Assembly (NCBI GenBank): GCA_002269645.1
Contig: NIVC01003336.1
Location: 39,604 to 103,603 of the forward strand
Origin: Macrostomum lignano
Taxonomy: Eukaryota
Reading direction: 5' to 3'
DNA: 64,000 nucleotides
The notes under the pieces were generated by a model. It had not been told where the DNA came from. It did no database searches and was given only the letters and a program-made list of their open reading frames with translations. Numbering within the stretch: position 1 is the stretch's first letter; every line of letters begins with the position of its first letter. Positions 54,901-64,000 of this stretch are shown here, piece after piece. Made by a program: the position numbers and the translations under genes.

Positions 54901-55019
54901 GCTCGATGGATTTTTTAAAGTCTTGTAGCATTCTCTCTGGACATACATGATCTATTGATGATAGTAAAAATCTGGGGTGGCCATTTTTTCAAAAAATGTC
55001 ACCATAGAAATACACTGTG
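51984..55019 (-). mobile_element. Complete Chapaev/Transib-type (RAG1-related) DNA transposon, 3036 bp
   Basis: ~170-bp imperfect TIRs beginning CACAGTG (51984-51990; cactgtg 55013-55019); 4-bp TSD ccac (51980-51983, 55020-55023); one uninterrupted transposase ORF. Confidence 0.9.
52373..54358 (-). CDS. DDE transposase of the CMC-Chapaev/Transib/RAG1 group (661 aa from the first ATG)
   Basis: N-terminal H..CLIC...D..LP...CTKC zinc finger; RGRP AT-hook; IDGGG (D1); ASDLK (D2) followed by CCWC; PELHL; FTGN; KVHTVLH; WSEQASEAVH (E, same spacing as Transib SEEAQE). Confidence 0.85.
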   Translation of the reverse strand: MSKSSSARTHEDARLIVCLICMHKGKEMRRINEHMQSLISEFKMHGYDTQDDRLPSALCTKCRITLLEYEKGNFSSSLPDFDHSKIGAQPPRTRSRAATRCNCIVCQAARESSANFGHPAAVNRRPRGRPSADSQSRIGCEPTASTVSKTRRPVSMKLCVKCLSQLNRGKSHVCTPATRAHNAEGFYMEVEPPSQSTPKQPQQLSVSSMVSIQQDMGLSTRSMLKLAHHIRAASGSKTAVESYLQQKLSDIHHQLDSFFELQQLDFVNMERGVVTEVTSRPAVICVRIQQLLEQIIQERQLNPSTCMIKVGIDGGGGFFKICLSVFDSSWCVDSTEPSQAACSSNSRSSRLKHSGVKRILIVAIAPAIQENYQNLELLWRAAGLSSLQGKFTIASDLKLCNMLLGLMAHSAAHPCCWCDAHKNKLLQKGTDRTLKLLEDSHANFQASGSKLAAAKNFGNVVRPCLLENFPASTMVLEIVPPPELHLLTGVVNTIYCSMQSVWPECDRWLHHCHVAREAIHGGSFTGNSCKVLLQNVDALASMCPLQCLPYVAALRCFRLVVSSCFGNELASNFQQTIADFQVAFMDLGISVTPKVHTVLHHVPQFCLMQQRGLGPWSEQASEAVHHDFQQLWANFKVKDVENPSFGSHLLQAVRHYNSRHV

Positions 55020-55936
55020 CCACATTTATCTCTTTGTTAAATCAGGATAGCAGAGTTCAGGCTCGATTCTTGGGGCAAGCTAGCGGAGCAGTTGAGGAGG
55101 CGAAGAGGCGGAGAGCCGGAGCGGCGAGGGGGCGAGGACACGAGCGCAGGAGGGCGAGAGGGGACCAAGGGACGAGGGCGGACAGGCTTCATTCTCACTG
55201 AACGCTAGTATATATATGATTTCTATAACCCATTTCATTGGTGTTCGCTTCACGCAATAGGATCTTTACTGCCGCACAAGCATGTGCTGTTCTTTCCTGA
55301 TAGAAAATCCTTCTAAAGTTCGCAGTAGACTAAAAAATAACATTGGGCATAACATGCTCAAATTAAGATCACTTCCTTACTACCAAGGTTTTAAAACTGC
55401 TTCACAGGAAAAAAAATCAGTTCGGAGAAGTCGACTCACGCGCATGTTCATGATCAACTCAGGCGTTAGAAAAAAATCTGGTGGGCACGTGAGTATTTAT
55501 AAAAAAATTAAAGAATTTCAGATATATACTTTTGGTAAAAATATAATTCTAGAGTTTGTAAAAAGCGATGTGTTATGAAGGACCGAAAGCAGCAACACCT
55601 TGAAGTACTTGCAGGTGGGAAGAGCCAGCAGACCCAAATTCTGAGCTCCAATCTGGAACCATGATGAGGGTACTCAAACAACAAAATAGGTTGTTCGAAC
55701 AGCTACATGTATAGGTTAGTTTCTGAACAGGACAGAATAAAATAGATAGCTGGTGCAGTAGAGCCTTTAAAACTTAACTTTTTAACCAAAACCATGAAGT
55801 AAAACAACAAAAAGCAATTTATTACAGAGTTAAGTTGATTAGACTCACAGCAAGAAGCTAGGCTACATGGTGCATGCGAGGACTTCATGAGGATTTTAGC
55901 ATAAAGATGCTAAAAGACTCAATGAATCAAGCACTA

Positions 55937-56314
55937 TCAGCAGGTGGAGTGGAATAATCCAGCAACTCTCTGGCCCTCGCGCACCAGCTCGTTGTATTTA
56001 AAGACAGCCTCCTCAGTCTGCAGTACAAAGACCTGAGCGCATCGCTCCTTGGCATACAGAACAGTACTCTCCGGAACTTGCAACACCAGCTCCATGCCGC
56101 AGGAGATCACCAAAGCGTCCAAGTAATGGCTTTTGTCAAACAGTTCATCTAGGTCAGTTGGTTGAACCCCGGGGTTATGCGAGGTGCCTGTCTCAGACCA
56201 GTCCCAAGCGCGACTGCCTGTTGGCCAAACTTTAGCATCTTTGTAGGGCCTGTCCTTGCCACTCACCAGTATAGAGCCCCATTGAACTTTAGTAATGATT
56301 GGTCCAGAGGACAT
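55937..56314 (-). CDS. AAMDC: Mth938 domain-containing protein (125 aa)
   Basis: YKDAKVWP, WDWSETGTSHNPGVQP, LQTEEAV..YNEL, GLFHSTC C-terminus. Confidence 0.93.
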   Translation of the reverse strand: MSSGPIITKVQWGSILVSGKDRPYKDAKVWPTGSRAWDWSETGTSHNPGVQPTDLDELFDKSHYLDALVISCGMELVLQVPESTVLYAKERCAQVFVLQTEEAVFKYNELVREGQRVAGLFHSTC

Positions 56315-57180
56315 GGCAACATTGAGTTGACATGAATTCCACAGTTTTCGAATTTGATATTCTTTCTAGACAAGCATTATACACAAATAAATGCTAACAA
56401 GCTAGACATGTAACTCAAAGTATCTACATTTCAAGGTCATTCGGGAAAAGGCTTAGCTATCAAGACTCATGGGGGAATGGCTAAGAAGTAAAGACTCGAG
56501 AGGGATTGCTGAAATACTATGGTAGGCCAAACATCAAATGGAAAGTAACAGTTAGGATTAAGCCATGGCCTTAAGAGGCTTTGATGGCAAAGCTCCAAAG
56601 CGATGCTGATATCTTAAGCTAGATGGCTGGCTTTCATTTGCAAGGTAGATGAATCAAACATCATTCTCCTTAAGAAAGAAACAATAGTTATTATATAAGA
56701 TCAAAAGCTAAATGTTTTTTTTTATATGGGTAGCTAAATCATAGCAAAAGTGTTGCATAAGCTCTGATTCTTTGCAACAAGATGCTGAAGACAAGAAAGT
56801 AGCCAAGTCAGTAGGCAGATAATATTATTGTCACTTGCACTATAATATTATTGTCACTTGTCACTATAAGATTATTATCATTATACCAAAAAGATCTATT
56901 GTACTTGTAGGAAATACACCATACAAGTGGAGGTCCAAATTTGAATGTTAAAAAAGCAAGCTACAGGCATGCCGCATTAACTTTGCTTTGCATGTGGATG
57001 TGTGTGAGTGCTTTTGTGCATAAATTTTGCAAATATAATACTATACTTGTGGGCAACATTATGCTAAAGTTTTGTCAACATTGGTTGAAAATGACAAAAG
57101 TTATTAATGTTTTGCTTTAAACCAGGCACATTACGTGGGCTACCCTGTATAATGACTATAGAACCTTCAATAATGTTCCA

Positions 57181-58110
57181 GAGGGGTGTCCCAAAAGTCG
57201 GTGCACTTTCTTTACAACAGCCTTTTCTGACCAATCAGAAATGCTTATTTTGTAGCAGTTAACAAGAGAATTATCTGCCCGTTAGAATGACTTTCTATTT
57301 ATTTTTGTATCTGCTGGCATTCTATAGATATGAGCAATTTTATGCCCCACCCCCTGTGCTACTTCTACAAATTGTCATACACCAAAGCTTTGTACCTGAT
57401 GCACAAAACAACAAAACATTCAAAGAATCAACAAAACATCCGCAGCATGAAACCTGAGGAAAGAACAGTCAAAAGTTAATCATCAAAATTGTCCTGAGGC
57501 TTCTCCACATAGTCACTGCTGCACTGCACACACTTCTGCCATCGGCTGTGCATGTCATCAAGGGCATCAGCAATATCTGAGCGCGGCATATCATGAAGGA
57601 GAACTTGGCGAATCAATGCTTCCCCAGGCTCCCACAACAAGCAAAGATTTGTCCATGTAGCAGCTTCTTTATCTTTGGAAAGATGGAAAAGTCAGCTATT
57701 GACAAATCTAAAGAGAAGGCGTTGGTGAGAGCAGCTTAATATTTGCTTGCTCGATCGTCTCCTCTATATTCTTGGCCATGTGGGGACTTGCAATGTCATG
57801 GTGCAGAAGGTGCGGAGCCACAGTACCTAGTGGGCGGATATCTTTGACAGTTCCAACTCCGCAGTCATCGTGCGGTGTGAAACAGTGAACTTTGGACTGC
57901 AGATTTCATGCTGCAGATGTTTTGTTGATTCTTTGAATGTTTCGTTGTTTTGTGCATCAGGTACAAAGCTTTGGTGTATGGCAATTTGTAGAAGTAGCAC
58001 AGGGGGGTGGGGCATAAAATTGCTCATATCTATAGAATGCCAGCAGATAAAAAAATAAATAGAAAGTCATTTTAATGGGCAGATAATTCTCTTGTTAACT
58101 GCTACAAAAT
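57181..58110. mobile_element. Tc1/mariner-like non-autonomous element with ~210-bp inverted arms
   Basis: Left end gaggggtgtcccaaaa; arms 57247-57455 and 57900-58110 are near reverse complements; outer right end missing. Confidence 0.7.
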
Positions 58111-58164
58111 TTAGAGCAGAAAAGATCTATAAAATAAAATACTATTGAGTTTCATAGTAATAGG

Positions 58165-58465
58165 CATACATGCGCAACCTCCAAAATTCGGTCAGCCATG
58201 TGACTTAGTTTTAACAAAAATGCGACATAGTTCTTGGCCAAAAATGCGACTTACATGTAAAAAACCTAAAGCAAAATTAACGAAACTTTGGGTAAACGGT
58301 AGAAGTACTCGTAACTATGACTGTCTTACTAAGCCAAAATGCCTCGTCAGCTACTTAGTACTACTACTTGGGTGTTTTTTGGGTGGGCATTTTTGCAACT
58401 TCCTTGGTTGGCCGCCAAATCGGTTGGCTAGATCGGCCAACTCGGCCGACTGTTGCGCATGTATG
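58165..58465. mobile_element. hAT-type MITE (301 bp) containing a degenerate 28S rRNA fragment
   Basis: Perfect 14-bp TIR catacatgcgcaac/gttgcgcatgtatg; 8-bp TSD gtaatagg/gtgatagg (7/8); same terminus again at 61930. Confidence 0.75.
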
Positions 58466-59299
58466 GTGATAGGTCATGGCAAATTTTTGCTATATATAAG
58501 AAAGCTAAATAGAAAAATAGAAAAAAGCAACTAAGAGCTTTTGTCATTTTGGTATGAAGACCTACCTATAGAAGGATGCAAGGCCTTTCCTGGGAAATAC
58601 TTAGATTAAAAAAGAAATGACAAGAGTCTACAAAAAGGAAATGAAATACTTTACAGATATAATATAAAAAATAATTTCTATTTCTTTAGGCATATTGCAA
58701 GAAGTGATAGAATATTAAAGGCAATAGTTGAATATTATTTTAAAGGTTGAGAAATAAGGAAATAAAGGCAAGCCACAATTGACTAGATAGGCAATTGAAA
58801 GAATGAAATAGAAAAAAGGTAAAGGCCAAGTATAGCTAAGAAAAATTTCTTTAGACTAAAGGTCAAGAAAAGTCATTATTTAAAAATGTGTATCAATGGA
58901 CATAATGGCTAGGGACTTATGATGATAATAATAGTGTTCCAAAAGTATTTAGCCCCTATAGTAACTTCTAAACTGCAGTACAAGTATACAAATGAATGAA
59001 AAATTATACACAAGCACATGTATATAGGCCAAGCAGCTATGTAGAGTTTGGGCTCTCAGTTGAATATTTAAAATCTATCAGGAAGAATGTGAAGCCTAGC
59101 TTCTATAGTGCAATGTGTACTCAACCTAAATTTCTATGGTCACAAACTCTAACCAGAGCTGTGGTTTCAAAGCATTTTTACTGGTGCCTAAAGTTAGTAG
59201 TTGTCTATCTGTTTCTAAGTTGCCTATCATACTTTTCTATAGATGAAATGAGTGAAATAATGAAATGAGTTACAATAAGGAAAAGGCCCAGTTTTTTGC

Positions 59300-60330
59300 T
59301 TATATAGAAAAGCAACTTGGCAAGAATGCTGCAAAAATTAACTGTATACTAAGTCAGAGTTGGAATGACTAAGCACCATGCTATGCCACCATAAAAAACT
59401 GGCTGGCTAACTTATAAATCTAGAAGATAGACATCATTTGAAGACCTGCCCCAATGTGGCTAGCCTGTTTCTGCAAGTTGGGATGACAGGTTGCAAGAAA
59501 TTTTGATGCTTGTCAGTGATGATCCACATATCACTGTGTGAGAGATTTTTGAAGACTGAGATACCTACTATAAGTATCTACAGAATCCTAATAGATATCC
59601 TGAAATTTCACAATGTTGCTTCTTTCTGGGTACCAAAGATTCTGATAGCACAGCAGATGGAGCAGAGGAGACTGCATGCAGCCATTATCAAGGACTGTTT
59701 TGTGAGATTAGGTGAGCAGAAAAACAACATCTACACTGTTGAGGATAAGATATGGGTTTGATATGATATAGAGTTCATACAGAAGGATGCTTAGGCTTAG
59801 ATATTGGTTGATACAGCCTAACCACAGGTTCCTTCCGGCAAACTAACACCTTTGAAATGCATGTTGGGCATTTTTTTCACTGGCAATAAAGATTTTTGTG
59901 TTCAAGCACTGCCATACAGAAAGAGCCTTGATGGTGACCTGTATACCCAGTTTGTTCAAAGTATGGGCAACAAATGGCATTCTCTGAGAAGTTGTTCTAC
60001 ATATCTTAATGAATTGGTATGGCAGCATGACAATGCTCAACCATATGTTAAATAGTCTGTACAAGACTTCTTTACAAAGCAACAAGTGGAGATCCTTAAT
60101 CAGCCCCCTTACTCCCCTGATTTGAATTTGTGGACTGCTAGCTAGACAACCAAATCAAGAACAGCCTACGCCAGGTGCATTTTTAAGACCCAGCAATGGT
60201 TAAAGAAGCAGCTTTATAATGTTTGAGATGGACAGAAAAATCTATTTTTTGAAAGGAACTGGACAAGCTGATCACCCACCTTGTCCAAGTTTTTGCATGT
60301 GGCAGAGACTACATTTCTCCTGCTTAAGTT
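59300..60330 (+). pseudogene. Decayed mariner transposase
   Basis: WVPKIL (59627), TVEDKIWV, WQHDNAQP (60026), PPYSPDLN (~60110) in order, with stops and frameshifts. Confidence 0.85.
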
Positions 60331-60899
60331 TTGCATTACATATGTAGGACACAGTTTCTCATGTTTTTGTATCCAAATACCCATTGGTAAAAGATTTATT
60401 GCTGAAAATTAGACTGTGTCTAGTTGTTGTCTAGGTTTTTTAAGGTTGGAAATTCAGTTTCCAGCTGGCCCTTGGGGCTCAAAATCCAGTTACCAATGGT
60501 TATTTTGGTTGCATATTAGCAACTAGCCAAATTCTCAAAGATATATTTTCAAGGCTCATTAAACGTGTATGCACTATATGACTATGGGAATGAGATTGTC
60601 TGGGACTTGTTACTGACATTGTCAATTTTAGCAACTTACTAGCCATTTAGCCCCCGCTGGGGGTGGGAGGGAGGCAGGGCCTTAAAAATGACACCAAATT
60701 GCCATGAATCAAAACTTTCATCAGCCAAAAAAGTTTCCTTCATCAACCCAAAACAAATTCTCAATCAGCAAATAGTGCTTATCCTTTCAAGCACAAACTC
60801 TTAGTGCATATTGTCACTGACTGGGGCATATTCTGGTCTACAGCAGGAGCTCAGGGCCTTAGACCCTTCTTTATTAGCCTAACTCAAAGAATCTCCCAG

Positions 60900-61235
60900 A
60901 AAGCAAGCATCCCCCAGACAGCAAGCATTAGCAAGCATCCTCTAGACAACAAGCATTAGCAAGCATCCCCCAGACAGCAAGCATTAGCAAGAATCCCCCA
61001 GACAGCAAGCATCCCCCAGACAGCAAGCATTCCTTAGACAGCAAGCATCTCCCAGATAGCAAGCAACTCCCAGATAGCAAGCATCTCCCAGATAGCAAGC
61101 AATCCCTTAAGCAGCAAGCATCAACAAACATCCCCCAGACAGCAAGCATCCCCCAGACAGCAAGCATCTCCTAGATAGCAGCATTTCCCAGACTGCAAGC
61201 ATCTCCCAGACAGCAAGCATTCCTCAGACAGCAAG
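60900..61235. repeat. ~17-bp degenerate tandem repeat (cccagacagcaagcatc)
   Basis: Direct reading. Confidence 0.85.
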
Positions 61236-62082
61236 CAATCCAGATAATTTTTAGCATCAGCCATATATATCAGCCATATATGTGACCATATATGGTTTGG
61301 CACTGCAGTCAAATATATAGCAGTGATATACACATTGAGTAATATATAGCAGTAAGGCCTATACACAGTTGCACAATACTTCAATACTTTTAAAGTGCAC
61401 TGGCTGATATCTCTCCTTTATGCAGAAAAGCATGTTTTCAAATACTCATATGTAATTATTTATAGTGTAGCATCAGCTCAAGAAGTTGAAGTTTAGTCTA
61501 TAGCCATAGACATATTGAGCCCTCACTGCAAGAAAATATTGCAAGAAAACTGCAAGAAGTTTTTCAAATACTTAACCATCTTCCCATTCAATTTTTTTTA
61601 TGCAATTACACCCACATAATCTCACAAGAATTTCCAATTAAATGAAGCAAGTTTGAAAAAATCGGTTCAGGCATTCAGGCTTTAGACTGAAATACCAGTT
61701 GGATCTAAGAGATTTAGTATATTGTGACTATTTGCCACAACTTAGATTTATATGGCACATTTATTACACTTTCAAAATCATTTTTTGAAATTGGCAACTG
61801 GCATGGGGAAAATAAAGTTGCTAGATTGGCCTCTGATACCAAAAATTAAATTGCTAATAAGATTTTCAAGGGGCCAAAAAACCCCATATGGCCCAAAAAA
61901 TAAACCCATTGTTTTTTGTTACTATGTGGCATACATGCGCAACTGCTGGCTGATCTGGCTTGATCTGGCCACCGTAAATTGTGGTGGACCAGGGGTAAGT
62001 TGTAAAAATGCCTAATTAATGCCTATAGGTTAGACCTAATTAAATAATTATTAGGCTTAGGGATAATGATAAGTTCTATAAT

Positions 62083-62871
62083 GGCCCATTCCATATAAGA
62101 TGGACATATTTGGAAAAAGGAAAAAAGTCAATATTTTTGCTTGTCATTGCCTTATCAGCCATTTTTTACCAAATCTTTTTTGTATGTAATGTATACAATC
62201 TAAGAATAAATAAATGATAAAATGTTGGATTAGTATGTTATCAATTGGCAAAAAGTTATTTTTGTAAAAAATTGGACATTTTCTAAGCAAAAGACATCAT
62301 TAAGTTTATGTACCTTTTAAAAACAAATAGAAAGCTTTAGAAGGTTAAAACAAACTATATATAAAATTATAGTACTTGCATCATCAGATAAAAACATTAG
62401 CAACCATATAATCTATTATATTTTTAATATATTAGTACTTCAAAGTTACTGAATTGACAGAAAAAAATATGTTACGACCATAATGTTATAACCATAAGGC
62501 TGCCTTTTCTTTTGTATCTTTGTTGCCTTTTTGGGTTTATATATTCTAATAAAAGAGTATGGATTCTAAAAATGTTCTTAGTCAAATTAAAAAAAATATT
62601 GCAAAATACCGGTATCAAAAATGAAAATGTTATAAGACTTTTACCTTTTAGTTTTTTATATGTCAAAAATCCTGTTGTTACGACCATAAGTGCCATTCAA
62701 GGTTTAATAGCATCTATACTAATGATGATATCTATATGAAACTTTATAAACATATTGTTGACAAAATAATCTTTCATTCAAAATATTGGTTTAGTATATT
62801 CTATTATTAGATTTCATTTTATAAGTAAAAATAGTCTGTCATGTTATGACCATAATTATATGGAATGGCCC
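62083..62871. mobile_element. Probable old MITE
   Basis: ggcccattccatataa versus ttatatggaatggccc (15/16 inverted); internal repeated tgttacgaccataa; TSD not clear. Confidence 0.45.
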
Positions 62872-63339
62872 TAATAAACAAAAAACATTTCTCATGAATT
62901 TTGCAAACAAGAGTCAAAAGTTCTTGCCTAATACTTGATATTTAAAAATTTGTTAAAACTGCTTTTCATGCCAATTATACAAATTCTATCTAAATATCTT
63001 TAGGGTTTATTTATAAATAGGGACTCCAATAAGGTTTTAAAAGTTTTTAACAATTATTTTTATCCCATTTGATAAATCTTATTTGTCTAAACAAAATGAC
63101 ACTTTTTGTCATTGTAAATCATTTTAAACTTTTATAATGTATGTTACCTAGGCTAGGGCTATATAAGGCTATATTTATATATTAAGACATTGTACTATGA
63201 TAATTTTTGTCCAAAAAATATTTTTACTATAAATAATTTCTAGGCCTCATATAAATTTTCTACATAGCCAATTGCCTAATTTCATTTTTAGTCCTTTTCC
63301 TTATCTTTTGATAAGAAATAAATATAATACAACCAAAAT

Positions 63340-63745
63340 ATTAAATGCCACACTTGGAGACACAATGGCATGTCTATAATGCAGAAACTTATAGACATGG
63401 CGGCTGTGTCTCTAATAGTGACTAGGTCTATATTTATAGACACAACTGCCATGTGTACAAGTTTCTACATTTAGCCAGCTACCGTGTCTATATATAAGTA
63501 TAGAACTAGTCACTATTAGAGACATGGCCGCCATGTTGATGAAACTTGCATGGCGGCTATGTCGTTAATATTGAATGGGTTCACACTTACAGACATGGTA
63601 GGTGGCTGTGTCATTAATATTGAATGGGTTCACACTTAGAGATAAAATGGGTGGCTGTGTTGTTATTATTGAATGGGTTCATACTTAGAGACACGGTAGA
63701 TGGCTGTGTCTATAATATTGGAGCTTATAGGCATGGCTGCCATGT
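63340..63745. repeat. Degenerate tandem repeat (agacatggcggctgtgtc...aatattgaatggg)
   Basis: Direct reading. Confidence 0.6.
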
Positions 63746-64000
63746 ATATAATCATTGATATAGAATGTGTGTTCTGTGGGGCTTTCTTATAAGCAAATAG
63801 TTGCTTAGTGGATAAGTTAATTGCCTTATGATTGTATGAAAAGGTTTGAATCCCAAGTGGTCAAAGTTTTTTTTTTTAATTTGAAACTTCTAGAAACTAA
63901 ATTAAATTAAAATTTTAAGAGTAACACTAGTGACTAAATCTTAAAGTGTGGCCAGAATTATATATGTAGCTACTGAAAAAGAAATAATTTTTTTGATACA

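Noticed and set aside
55070-55200. Short GC- and purine-rich island next to the transposon end
   Set aside because: No ORF, repeat boundary or RNA motif could be supported
50600-56000. RAG2-like partner gene in or near the RAG1-related transposon
   Set aside because: No kelch or PHD-like ORF inside the TIRs or nearby; the space between ORF and TIRs is under 500 bp

Overview
Eukaryotic (animal) genomic DNA: short GC/CpG-rich, intron-poor exons in AT-rich DNA packed with minisatellites, MITEs and SINEs. The style suggests a free-living flatworm such as Macrostomum (inference only). All nine host protein-coding genes lie on the minus strand: OXNAD1, a TTC12-like ARM-repeat gene, PREB/Sec12, an ~2000-aa TDRD12 (piRNA pathway), PPIH, two tandem PCNA copies, BCKDHA and AAMDC. 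There is one intron-containing tRNA-Tyr(GTA). Mobile DNA includes a young Ty3/Gypsy element inside the intron of one PCNA copy, several hAT and Tc1/mariner MITEs, two tRNA-derived SINE families and a decayed mariner. It also includes a complete 3.0-kb Chapaev/Transib-type (RAG1-related) DNA transposon whose inverted repeats begin with the V(D)J RSS heptamer CACAGTG. Main leads: that transposon; a possible SL trans-spliced operon-like cluster; exon-restricted homogenisation of the PCNA pair; an expanded TDRD12 that needs a 26-nt intron; a hAT MITE carrying a 28S rRNA fragment spanning the R2/I-PpoI site; and sharp-edged, nearly CpG-free blocks. Alignments and counts were done by eye and no database searches were run.
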